From Epiperipatus broadwayi (taxonomy: Eukaryota; Animalia; Onychophora), in assembly GCA_028023455.1 (NCBI GenBank), contig JAQFVV010000003.1, positions 22,692,001 to 22,756,000 of the forward strand: DNA of 64,000 nucleotides, read 5' to 3'. The notes beneath the pieces are model-generated. The model searched no databases, was not told the origin of the DNA, and saw only the letters and a list, made by a program, of their open reading frames with translations. Both the position numbers and the translations under genes were made by a program. Below are positions 1 through 12,900 of this stretch, piece by piece. Every line of letters starts with the position of its first letter. Position 1 is the stretch's first letter.

Positions 1-1189
1 TTCAACTCTTTTTCGTATCATTTTACAAAATTCAAGATATTCAATTCTTTTTAATACATCATTTTTGTATATCTTCATATTCCTTATTTTCTTCATAAAT
101 TCTCTAGTCTCAGTAGAAATTTTACTAGTCAATTGCTGCTTTTTTCTACCAGCTATCTTTGTTGCCGTTTTTAAAAGTGTATCAGTTATTTTCATATTAA
201 TTTCATTCAAATCTGAATTATGTTCAAAATCTCCTAACACTTGAAACCTATTTGTAAGTTCTAATTTAAATTCATTAGAATGTTTCTGAAGATTAGAAAT
301 ATCAACTGTAAATATTGTTTTTCTTAATAATTTTTGTCTCTCTAGTTTTACATTAACACGTAACTTACACCTTACTAATCGATGATCACTTCCTGTGTTA
401 AATTTATTAAGAACATTATGATCTTGAAATATGTATTTCCTGTTAGTCAAAATATAATCCAATTCTGCTGTACCTTCATTTGGATGCTTCCATGTCCATT
501 TCCTTTTAACATTTTTCTCAAAAAAATAAATTCATAACATAAAGTTTTTCTTTTTCTGCAAACTCCACTAACCAAAATTACCTACAGCAATTTCATCTTT
601 CATGTGTCTACCAATTCTAGCATTAAAGTCTCCCATAACAATTTTAAAATGTTGTTTACTCTGATCAAAAGCCTTTTGTACATCCATATAAAAATCTTCT
701 ACTACTTCATCACTATGAGAACTTGTTGGCGCATAAACCTGAATTACCTGCATTTGGTATCTGCTATTAAGTTGTATAACTAATCTTGCAACTCTGTCCG
801 ATACACCAACAATCTCCACAATATTGTTCTTCCACTTTTTATTTATAATGAATCCTACTCCACTTGTATTTCCAATATGTGTGCCTTTATAATAGAGTAT
901 ATGTCCACTTTTTAAATCAATTGTTTCTTCACCTTTTCTTCTAACTTCACAAAGTCCAATAATGTCCCATTTAATATAAGACAGTTCTTCTTCTAATTCT
1001 TGCAATCTTCCTTCACTTGAAAGTGATCTGCAGTTGTAAGTACCTAAATAAAAACATCATCAAATGGCAGTCTGGGTCCGCAATCAGGGGATTCTTAGCA
1101 CCCTCCGCCTTCGGCCACCAACCACTGCCTTGGTTGGTGACTTTACAGCCTCCTGGAAATAAGGGCCATGCTTTATTTTTGTCTGTCAT
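1..1189 (-). pseudogene. Disrupted RTE ORF, apurinic/apyrimidinic endonuclease domain
   Basis: ATG at 1189 (MTDKNKAWPLFPGG..AEGAKNP). A +1 frameshift in an A5/T5 run near 1040-1044 joins it to GTYNCRSL. ORF track 568-1005 covers the APE core. A stop and small deletion follow GNFG, then the reading resumes with EFAEKEKLYVMN..KRKWTW..SDHRLV. Confidence 0.85.
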
Positions 1190-1436
1190 AATTGTATATA
1201 TGTATTAGAAAAATATTTATCATTTACACAAACATTCATTCTGCCTTAACAGGCACTGAGAAGAAAGACCATGGTGTTTCTTGATCTTAAACTCAGAGGT
1301 AAAAAGCCAATAAACTCACCACGCTGGCTAATGCGTGTTGGTGAGCAGCCCATCCATGTTCATATACTATATGAATAATCACATAGTAATAACAGCTGCA
1401 ATGACAAGAATGTATGGAGTGGACATTAGGAATTTG

Positions 1437-1490
1437 CCCTGCTCGGTTCCTTTAAGGCCTCCAAGAGGAATCAAAGGGTCTCCTTTCAAT
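1437..1490 (-). ncRNA. Candidate degenerate HDV-like self-cleaving ribozyme at the RTE 5' end
   Basis: Minus strand GGAGACCCTTTGATTCCTCTTGGAGGCCTTAAAGGAACCGAGCAGGG has an L3-like TTCCTC, a possible CCCT/AGGG P2 pair and a small CCT..AGG hairpin. Position matches where RTE elements are known to carry HDV-like ribozymes. P1 and P3 pairings are imperfect. Confidence 0.3.
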
Positions 1491-4400
1491 TAATAGCAAA
1501 CTCCTTTCTATTGTTTCAGGTCCTGCTATAACACATTTGTTCAAGTAGTTTACTCACTCACCTGTAAGGCTCAGAAGAAGCAAGATACATTTCAAGTGTT
1601 GTTGAATTTAATAGCCTCTAAGATTCAAAAGGGAGTATGGCTTAATTTTCAAATGATATTTCAGTCTCTAAGACTCAAGGAAGTTAGTCTTATATTTTAT
1701 TTTGATGTGTTGTGAATTTCTCAACAAAAGTCAAACTGAGATAATCCTTCTTGTGGCCATGCTTCATCATACATCTTAATGACTTATGATGGAGTTTTTA
1801 TGGATCATAAGATTGAAATCCTATGCGTATTTTTATAGCATTGAATATCAAGCAAATCTCTGCACATTATGAGCTTAGGTATTCTGTAAAACATTATCTG
1901 TGAAACTGAAATATAAAAATAATTAGAGAAATGAATAAAAATTAAAGTTTTGTTGTAAGCTTACAAATGAGAAATAAAAAATTACTGTCCCATTGTTTCA
2001 TCTTAAATGAAGATTTGTAACTATAATAAATGCAATAGCAGCTCAAATGTGGTTATATTACAAAGTTGCATGACAAAAAAGTTTTTTTCTCATTTCTTTT
2101 TGACATTTTTTTATCTTCATGTGATTTTGTAATATAACCATAGTCCAAACTGCTCTTAGATTTGATATGGTTACAGTATGAATAAAATTTCTTCAGTTTA
2201 TGTTGAAAGGATATACATTTTATTTTTATTTTATTAACTTTTCTGAATTTTTTTAAGTGTAATGCTACAAGTTTTACAAAATTTTGGAACTAAATTAGAG
2301 AGATCCTAATTTCTTGATAACAAGACCATTATTATATATCTAAAAAAAAAAAAAAAGTTATTGGGAAAAAAAAAAAGTATTTAATAGTGACAAAAGTCAG
2401 ACATTTTGCTATTTGTTTTATTTTAGAAATAAAAATACAGTACACCTTTACCCTACTTAGCACTTAGCCTTTATGCAAGGATTCACAATAGAGATCATCA
2501 TCAATTTGTACCCACTATTTTGATGTACAATCGATTATTCACTATAATGATCATAAAAAAAATTTTTTTTTAAATTTTTTTGGTGGCCATTTTGTAATAC
2601 TGATGATGTCATAGAATAGTTGTTAAAGTAATCTCATTCAAAAGCAAAATAGTGACTTTCGTGCTGAAATTATATGGTACATATTTTATTCATTAAACAT
2701 GTCATAGTGCTGCATTCAATATTTTGATTACAAGCTTAAAATATTGAATGTACAGTATTTTATTTAATTTTCATTGAGTATTTTTATAAGATAATTAGTA
2801 CTTCTTAGTAACATAATGAAAGTAAAGATTTTCATTGTTAATGACTAGAAAAACAAAAAAATAAAAGGTTCATTCGATACACAAATGTAAAACAACACAA
2901 TACTGTAAAAATAGCAAATTCGTTCAGCATAAAATTAAAAATATTCTACCAATTAATTTTGAATTTAAATTTTTCTGTCAAATCAAAACTGCTACCATCA
3001 CTAATCTAAAATATTTTCAGTCAAAAAAAAAAAAAAAGTAAAGAGGATAAAACAGTTTCAGATTTATAGAGATTTATACAATTAATATCAAAAAATTACT
3101 AAATGTAATTTTAAAATAACATTTTGCTTCGTTGATTTTAAATCATCTCATAATTCTTTTTAGATATCCAAAGCAATGGAGACATTATCTCATGTGTTAA
3201 AAAAAATCCAGTACTGAGAAAAAAATATAAATTTCATGCAATATAAAACTAAAAATAATTTTTGATCATATGTACTATCAATATTAATCTTAAATTGTGT
3301 TCAGTATAAATATTAGTTAAGATATCAGACAATCAATTTTGAATTAAAATCTTTAAGAAAGCTAATTTCAATCAAATTGAAACTGCTATTCATCATCTTT
3401 GAATTGCATTTTTGGAAAAAAATATGAGGATGATTTTATGCAATTAATAATAAATTATGTATGATGAAAATTCAATACAAATAAAGTGAATAAAATTAAA
3501 TAGCCCATAACTCTGCCAACAAAATGTATTGCGCTATTCAACAAATTGCTAAATATTACAAAAACATGGCTACCGCACTTGATAAAAGTGACATGTAATG
3601 CCCAAAAAACCAATTATAGCTATGTATTTGTTTATTTAGATCAGCACAGTACACACTGTAACAAAAATTGATTACAATATGAAAACTCAGAATGCATTAG
3701 ATATTTTTTTCTTTTTTTAATATGCTGAAATTTTTTTTAAAACTTGACCATGATTAAGTTTTTGTAATGTATCGTATGTTTTTTTGGCACTCCATACACT
3801 AATGATAAATAATGTCTTTATGGTCAATCAAATGATTTGTTATTAAACATTGTTTTTTTAATTTTAATAATTTCATGTAATATAGTATAATACTGCAGTA
3901 CAAATTTTAAAAAAAATGAAACTTCAGTATGGATTTTTTTCAGCATAATATTGTATGGAAGAACACAAAAAAATTATTAAATGCTAGTTTAGTTTCACTT
4001 TCTCAGTCTATTTTGCTTTACTTTTTCGACAAAGACATCATGCATTTTTTTTCTAGTGATACTGAACATTTTTTAAAGAGATTCTGTTTACTAATATGAC
4101 CATGAAAAAAAATCAAGAAACCCTTTGGAGCTTGGAAACCAAATTGTGTAATTATGACAAGAAGTAACAACTTTAAGCTACGTTTTTTAAAAATATAGAT
4201 TTAAGTCGCATTTTGATAAATACATATTTTAAATGAATACATGCATAATACACACAGGACAGTTTATACAAGCAAATAATGTATGTTAAGGGGTTTTTAA
4301 ATTTTTATCGATAATTCCCAACTTATAGTGTAATTTTTTAGCTGGAGTAACTGGCCAATTTTTTCCCCATAGACAACCATTATAAATGCTTATTCTGCAT

Positions 4401-5649
4401 ACAATATTCTTGCTTAACAATGAGTTTTGGGTGACCAATTGCCTTTGCTAAGTGGGATAAAGCTATAATTAGTTATTTTTATTATTCTTATTGCTTCAGT
4501 AAAAATATATGCAAAATGTAGCCTCTCAATTTGTTATTAATAACTACATTACTATTTTTAAAATTTTGTTTATACTATAATCTTAATTTATGTATGCTTA
4601 CTATATATACAAAAAAGCATTTCTGTTATACAATTCAATAAACAATATAATATGTATTTTATTTCTAATCAATGTTTATCACCAAAACATGAGCTATTAT
4701 ATACTATATATGTTTGTATATGAGGGAGCCTTGGAGCAATATACAGCATAGTTTGTGGTCCTATTGTACATATAATAGTTTCATAGTATAATGATTAGCA
4801 TGTTCATCTGCCATGACATGACCTGGAACACAAATTCAGATGAATCCTGAAATTTATTTTCATAAAACTGAAAATTTTCAAGAAAGGATTAAGAATTTTA
4901 CCCAATATCTATCCAATTCATGATTACCACTATTGACCAATAAATAAATATCTACCTACTTTAAGCTAAAAAAATAAAGTAAAATAGAAAAAACATAAAA
5001 AACCCTCACCTACTGCAGAAAATTAACTTCCTTCACTATTCTTTTATGAAGAGATATTGTTGAACACTTTCCTCTTCAGTAGGCTAGATATTTTATCTTT
5101 TTTCCTTACATATATAAGTAGTGAATTCTCAATTTAAATTAATATACAAAAATTTTATGAGTGACAATCATAATATTTAAAAAAAAAAAAAAGTGTTACT
5201 GTTTTATTGTGCTTTTAAATAATTAAGATGTCTAAAATTATAATGTATAGATTATAAATTTAGCAAAAATAAAATTTCATATATTGATAAAATGTTTAAT
5301 TTAAACAATAAAATAATATATAATTTGCCATTGTTTTAATTCCAAGAGACTGAAAGTGCACATATGAGTTTAAAAATCTACTTCTGGGACAAATTTTATT
5401 TAGCAATAAAATTTTATTTTAAACTTTCACTCATTTATAATGATTGTAAGTTGTCACTTAAAGCACAAAAAAGTGATTTCCATTTTTAAAAAAATCTTAA
5501 GTGATTTAGTTATTTGTTATTAATCAAAATTAATATTATAAAATTTAGCAATTTGTTGCTAATCAAAATTAATACCTTTCAAACTATTGTACTCAAGCCA
5601 CTGACATAACTGCAAAAACAATATCAAATATCCAATCAAGAGCATCTCC

Positions 5650-6030
5650 TTCAATCTTATAGGATAAAATGTTGGTTCATCAAAGGTTACATATTATTTA
5701 TAATAGTTTTTTTTCTGTCTCTTCAATCACTTCAGCTAGTATAGTGCCAAATATCATGACCTCTTATCTATGAACCATTTCCCTGCAATAACTGTGACAG
5801 TAGAAGTGTATGTTTATGTAGCCATATCACAGTGATATCAAGTGCAATTTTTCTTCATCACTTTTTTTTTGTACAAAAAATCCTTGATGCTGAAAAAGTA
5901 ATGACTAAAAAATCCTTGTTTGATTTTTGCATGTGGCAGGACAATCAATCAACTTGACAAAAATTGTATTATGCAGATCTATTCAAAGAGTTCCATTTCC
6001 CCAATCTACTGTGGACATAGAAGAGAATTA
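5650..6030 (-). mobile_element. Highly decayed LINE (RTE-like) 3' fragment
   Basis: Weak remnants of the RT C-terminus (ELFE-IC..Q.L and EVMIFGTI) with many stops and frameshifts. Confidence 0.3.
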
Positions 6031-7084
6031 AGATAATTTTTAAATTATTTCAAAGTTCATAAAAAGTAGAAATAATTTAAATATTTTGTGGGTCAATTTA
6101 GAGATAATAAATTCTAAATTTTATTTTAAGAAATATAAATAAAAATTATTATTTTAAATGTCTAGAAAGTAAAAATTGAAACAAGCAGATACATGCACAT
6201 TTTTTTCCCTTTATGAAAATTAATGCAATGTCTCAGAAGACATCAGGTTTGTTGCAAGATTAAAAAAGCTGCAAGTATTTGGATTAATTTCTTTAATCAA
6301 AGTACAAATTATTAATAATTTTTAAAAAATAAACATTTTTCATTGTTTCATCTTTTATATTATCGATTTCTTCTTCAAATAATTTTTCCTCAGATCATCA
6401 TAAATTAATTACTGCCCTAAATATTATATTATTAATAATTTTTATTTTATTTATAAAAACTGGAGAAGCAGGTATAAATAGCCATTTCACGTTTGCTAAT
6501 AAAATATGTTATTATGACCACAGTGGAAAGTTTATGATTGTAATATTTATATGTAGTTTGAAGCACTGTATATATTAGTTAATGTATGCATCAGCTCTTA
6601 GATCATTTATGGGTGTTACCATTTAGAAGTTATCTCTTTTGATGTGAATATATGATATACATAAATAGACAACAATGTGTCTGTGACATTTGTATCTATA
6701 TGACATAATTTTTTTGCTTATTACTAATATCAATAGAAGTATTTTTGATGCCTGAGATCAAAGAATCTATCAATGAACTTGTTTATAATAAATCTCTATT
6801 GAATATTGATCTTCAGAATGTATTTGCATTCATTAATCTATAAAAAGTGATCTAACATTGCCTGCTTTTACACACCCATTAAAGTAGCAGAAATAATTAT
6901 AATTGAGGTAAAACCTGATAGATAATTTTAATTAAAAAAACAGAATGTTCAAATTTAGCTTGATGTGAATTCTTCAAGATCTAAATGGAGGATAGTATTT
7001 GTAGTTACATGGCTGTCAAGTTTTAAAATAGATCTAGCTATTTATAATGAAATGCATTCCAGACTTAAAAAAAACTTGAAAAAG

Positions 7085-8605
7085 TACTGTTTGTTTGTTT
7101 TTCGGGGATAGCAAATCATAGAATGAAAAGAAATCTAAATGGTCTAATTTAATTATTAAGGAGAAAGTAAACCTCCTATAATGTGATAATAAACCTAATT
7201 TAGTAATTTCAATTCTTGTAATTCCTAGTTGTATTAATAATGAATGGCTAATAATATAAAAACTTGTTTATTACAATGGAATTCTAGTCCATTATATCAT
7301 GCGCCAATGGTAGATTCAAAGTATTCAGAAAAAGAAAACTTTTTTATCTTTGGTAAATAGCAATAGTACATCAAGAGCATTAAAAAACTACATTTTTCTC
7401 CTTGAAGATTTTAGTGCTCATACTGATAGAAAGAGTAAACTGTGATTCGAAATTATTGAAAGTAATAATGTTGGGATGTAAATTCAAATGGTATGCTGTT
7501 ATTGAATTTTTGATCAACACATGGATTGACATCAAAGAACACAGTATCTAATCAAAAAAATTACATTAAAGAAAAGTGAATACACTCATACTCAAACAAT
7601 GGCATCTAAAGAGTCACACTATAATTAGGAGTCTGAATGCAAAACAAGTTCATATTATATAAGCACTAGCAAATGTAAATTGGTGGACAGGTCATAGACT
7701 AGTATATCACAATTTTAAATTGATGATTGCATTAAAAATGTCCTATTCTTATCAAATAATACAAAAATTGATATTCGTTCATTAAGCATTTACTATTCCA
7801 ACTAAATATCAATAGCTAATCACCAATTTGGATTAGGTATGAATAGTATATAAAAATATATTTATTTTTGGTTCATTAAATAAAAGATCTTGATTGTTTC
7901 TCTGGCTGCGATTTTATTATTAGTGATTTATTTTTATTTTTAAAAAAAACTGATATTATCTATTTAAGAAAATTGAATGTGGAATGGATAAAATTTAAAA
8001 ATACAATTAGTAAATTAAAATTGAAAAGGAAATAATCACCAGTGATCAATATCATGTAGATTATTTTTTTTGGCACACTGAAAATAACATGAATTTAGAA
8101 ACTAATGCCATAACTCTATTAAATCCATGGATGAAATTCTTTTATGCAATTTTAAATAGGTAGAGAGTATGTTAAGCGTTTAAATAATGATACAAAAAAA
8201 GAATATTTAAAGGATACATTATTAATTTAGATAAAGATATTCAGCTTACATATCTCTTGTAATTTTAAAAATGGATAAATTATAGTTTCTGGTGAAAATC
8301 TGAAGAAGTTTTAAAATATGGTGATATGTTAGCTTTAAAGCTTTTGAAATCTTTCAGATATATATGGACCTGTAAAATTGTACCACAGATCTCAATGATG
8401 TTTTTATTGTTCCAATTTATAAAAAGAAAAATGACAGAAAAATTGAAATAATTAATGTGGAATTCCCACTAAAGCAAAGTATTTTCAAGAATTTTGTTGA
8501 CTAAATTACTTCTTGTCATAGAGGTCAATATGGTTTTAGAGAATTAAGCACTGTAGATATAGCTTTAGTTGCCAGGAAAGTGACAAGAATAAAAGTGTAT
8601 GAATT
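7085..8605 (+). mobile_element. Decayed RTE-clade LINE (endonuclease plus start of reverse transcriptase)
   Basis: Motifs occur in the correct order across frameshifts: YHAPM (~7295), LLEDFSAH (~7398, GDFNAH-like), NSNGMLLLNF, WTGHRLV (~7684), EVLKYG (~8305), VPIYKKKNDR (~8409), GQYGFR (~8523), STVD. Confidence 0.8.
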
Positions 8606-9639
8606 GTATATTATTTGTATTGAATAGATTGAACCATTTGATTCAATAATTTAAACAAGTTTGTGGCAATGTTTGAAATTATTTAGTTGTTCACAAAAAT
8701 TTATTCGTATTAGAGAAGCAATACACTAAAAGTATAATTTTAAATAATGAAGTATTTTCTTTCCTTTAAGTTAAAGGTTACTGTATGAACTTTGATTTTA
8801 GTTTCACATTATCGATCATGAGTTATCTTTTTGATTATATATACACACAATATATATATATGAGAAATAAAAATAATAAGTGTGTTGATACATACACTAA
8901 TAGCATTTTAAAAAATCTAGATTGTGAAATTATCAATTTCATTTAAAATATTCAAATGCTTTCCAATTACAACTATATTCTCTCTTTTCTTTTTTAAAAA
9001 TCACACACTAATTATTGAAAATGGGTTTTCCTTGTACTGAACTAAATGGAAAAAAATATATAGTTGCATGTAACATGAAAACTTGAGATTTCTGTTTTTA
9101 TATAATATCACGATAATTATTATGAATGATATGGGTGTGCATCTAATATATATATGTTTAACTGAATTATCTATCCATCCAAATGCTTAAATATTACTAA
9201 ATAATTATTAATACTTCCGAATTTTAACAAAATTTTCAATATGAAATTGTGTGCAACATGTACTGACATTTTTCTTTCAATTCTAGAACTTATAAAATAA
9301 GCAAGAAGTGATCATCATTGGCTTTTTTGACTTTTTTTTCCTAGAGAGATAAAATTGATTTTTACTTTTTCCATCTAATAATTACTTTTTATTCTTATCT
9401 TCTTATTTAATATTATGACCTGAAATTTTCAGGCATCTTAAGGTTTGAATGAAGACTAATTTTCATGTATAAAGATCTTACACTAAATCGGTAATTATTT
9501 TAATGATCTCAATTATAAGAAAAAATTCAAGAACTTGGAAATAAACACTAATACTATGTGTCACTGTACAAAAAAAAATTTCTAGCAATACTTCAAAAAC
9601 ATAAATAGGAAATAAAGTGTACACATTGTTTTATTATCC

Positions 9640-9950
9640 TTTTCACCTATTATTAATCCACTTCAAAAAAGGTCACTCCAAGTCTAATGCAGCTTCTCTT
9701 ACATCACTTAGTCAAACTTTTTTATCTATCCAGTCATCTCACATGTGATTTCTTACAATCTTTTGTTAATCTATTTTTACCTTTTTCTAAAAACATATCT
9801 AGTCCAACTCCATTTGAGTTTCTCAACTCTTTCAATGATATCAGCTAATGTATTTAAATTTAAATCTCTAATTAATGACAACCTATACCTCTCTATACTT
9901 TCCAGTGCAATCTACAGTTTCTGCTTTATAAATATTATTATTTTCTCTTT
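9640..9950 (-). mobile_element. RTE LINE 3' end fragment
   Basis: Minus translation LADIIERVEKLKWSWTRYV (~9804-9840) matches the RTE C-terminal KLKW.WAGH motif. Confidence 0.65.
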
Positions 9951-12900
9951 TATTAGTATAAACTGAGCACTGATTGTATATGTGTGTGGGAGATGGGGAT
10001 CTGGACCAACTGACGAGTGCTTGTTCAGCATGAAATATGTATATTGGAGATCATTTATTTTTTTCACATGTATGTAGTCATGTGTATCATTTGTATAAAA
10101 TGAAGTGGATAGCTGTAGGGAGTTTGAAAGTCTTGAGTTCAAGTCCTGTCTTTTACTTTTTCTTTATTTTTTTATATCACTTTGTTTTAATTTGAAGATA
10201 CAGTTAGCCTTCAATTTTTACTAACTTTTAATAAATTAAATAACAACAAAAACATTCTATTTTCTAAAACTATTTTCATTACTTTTTTTTTAAATTTCAG
10301 TCTAGTTCATTCAAAGTATTAATTGCAATTATAAGAATTGATAATGAGTGAATGATTGTTTTTTGTGAGCATTAAGAAGTTTGGGGCAATACTAGAATCT
10401 ACCATTTTACCACTGCACCAAAGCATCCAAGGCATTATAAAAGTTTATGATGCATTTCTTAACAAAAGGTGATAAATTACAACAAAAGAACAATAAATAA
10501 AAAAACGTCACATACCCATTGTTTATCTATACTATTAGAAACAAATTAGGTTCACTGAACTTTAGTCATTTATTATATTTAGGATAGTATTAAATTTTAA
10601 GATAATATTAAATATGGATTTAATAACATTATTATTAATATCTACTGACTTCTCAAGTTTATGATAGTTCTTGAGTAGAACAAACAGTGGTAAATGATGA
10701 CACCAATAAAAATTATGTGTTGCATTTAAAAGTTGGTAATACTATTTCAAATTCAGAGAGGGTCAGTTATTTTGTTTAGTCAGTCTAAGAGTGGTGAGTA
10801 CAAAATAAGACCAGAACTATATAAAAATTACAATAAAAAAAAAAAGCTGAGCTTATAACATTGCATTTATTTGATAACCTTTGCTTCCAAGCAATGAGAC
10901 AATATACTGGATAAAAATATTTGAATAATCCACTCCTTATGAGCATTAACAAAAAATATTATAGGCTTGAGTAATTAATGTTTACCATGTAGTGATGCAA
11001 TTAATAAAATAATAATAAACAGTATGTATACATCATTTTCTTTTTGTGTGAGAGAAATGAATAATTACTCCATCATCTAATGAGAATAGGCCCAGGAACA
11101 TATGTCATCATATCATTTGCATTGCCCTTCGGACTAGCTCTGATTTTATGGGAACACATTTAATTCATTATCGCATGCTTAAAATTGAAAAAATGTGATA
11201 ATTAATAAATAAATATTTTACTAGACATAATATTAATTTTTAAAAAATGCAGTAACCTTTGTGTAAATATAATATATAAGAAGTATATTTCAATTTCTTT
11301 TTTTTTTTTTTAAATGATAATTTTATATCTTGTGGTTAAATTTCGAAATTGAATATAGTTGAATCAAAATTTGTTAAAATGAGGTAAGCACAAAAAAGAA
11401 TTAATATTATATAATTATCTAACAATTAAATAAAAACTTTGATTTTTTTTTCTGTACTACTTTTTTTTTAAAGAAAATTAAATCTAAATTAATAAAAATA
11501 AGATCAATAAATGAAATATGTAATTGATTACTGCAGTTTAATAATGCCCTGTGTGATTAAATACAGTATTGGAGTGATAGATTCTAGAGCTCAAAGATTC
11601 ATGGCTAGTAGCTCAAGTTAGTCACTTTCAGTGCTCAAACTTTAATTCCTGGGCAATACATCATTTGATTATTTTATCTTATTATAACATAAATTTTATT
11701 TAATCTTTTTTTCTGCCAGTATTGTTTACATTTATGATAAAGTATTTTTGCCTGAGAAAATTAATTTCTATTAGTATGAGAATATTGAATAATAGTAATA
11801 ATGCATACTCTCGCCAATTTATTTTTAATTATGTGATGAATAAAATTTATATATATATACTGCAAGGATTGTTTACATTTGAAATGAAAACTTTATTTGT
11901 TTTCAATATGTGAGAGATCAGATTACATATAGCAGCATGAAGATATTGAAGAAAAATTCGATAAGACTTATTTTTGTTAATTATAATTGCATTTTATTAC
12001 TCTATTTTTCTAAGTTTAGCTATCTTTTTTTTTTTAATGGTAACCTTTTTTTTATATATTTTTTTAAAGATCACCATAGTGAAAGTTAATTGTTAATTGA
12101 AATAATGGATTCAAACTGATAATGATTGCTGCAATAAAATAAAAAAGTAATCAAATGGCTCTATTGGCCAGGAATTCATATGAAGCTTGAGCTCTGGAAA
12201 TGCCAGAATGGGAATCAATTCAAGGACATTATATCCCTAAGTCTGATACTTTATTACTGTGTTTAACCACGCAGAGCATTGCCACAATGAATCCTTGTAT
12301 AAAGACTCCTCATAAGCAGAAGGCAGGGTGCAATTTGTGAATTATATAAATGTAATTATTTGCATAATTATGAATAACCCTTGAGAATGACTATAATCAA
12401 ATAGTTGAAATGTTGGAATAATTATGTATTTTAATAAGATGATTCAGGAATAAAATCAAGTTTTGAAAAATTTAAAGGAATTATGCAATTATTTATTTGT
12501 TTATATATGGTGGATTAGGTTAGGAAGGAAGTATATGAACAAGAGATTTCTAAATACAACTATATATTGTTAATATATGATAAAAATTAGTTTCAAATCA
12601 ATAATTCAGATTCTCTTCTCAAGTATATTTTAAAAAGGTAGAATAAAAAATTAGAAAAGCTGTATAAAATATTTATTAATTTAATAAAAGAAACTGCACT
12701 TCATTAATATTGATGTAAAGAAAATAGTAGAAAAAGTTAAAAATGATTATTTAATAGTTTTTTAGTCTAAAATAAATAAATTTATTTCTAATAAATTATA
12801 TATCTTAGTGATAAGGTTCAATAAAAAAATAACAAAACTAATGTCATGTGAAACTAGTCAAAACAGCCAGTTTAAAGTAACAATTTGTCAAAAATTAAAA

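Larger units (their letters stand above)
1..1490 (-). mobile_element. RTE-clade non-LTR retrotransposon, 5' portion (5' UTR plus AP-endonuclease region), running off the window edge
   Basis: Minus-strand translation gives APE motifs GTYNCRSL, WDIIGLCEVRR, GVGFII, QVYAPT, MGDFNARIG, KWTWKHP, ELDYIL and GSDHRLV. Upstream 5' UTR contains a CTCACC..GGTGAG / ACGC..GCGT hairpin (1316-1345). Confidence 0.9.

Noticed and set aside
2601-2667. TGATGA..CTGA pair suggesting a C/D box snoRNA
   Set aside because: Box C lacks the leading purine, there is no convincing terminal stem, and I recognised no rRNA-complementary guide. Such pairs are common by chance.
4373-4463. Minus-strand frame LSHLAKAIGHPKLIVKQEYCMQNKHL* as a terminal exon
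   Set aside because: The acceptor lacks a pyrimidine tract and the peptide is not recognisable.
12155-12330. WLYWPGIH resembling a Gypsy integrase zinc-binding region
   Set aside because: Only one short motif; no following CxxC spacing, RT, RNase H or LTRs.
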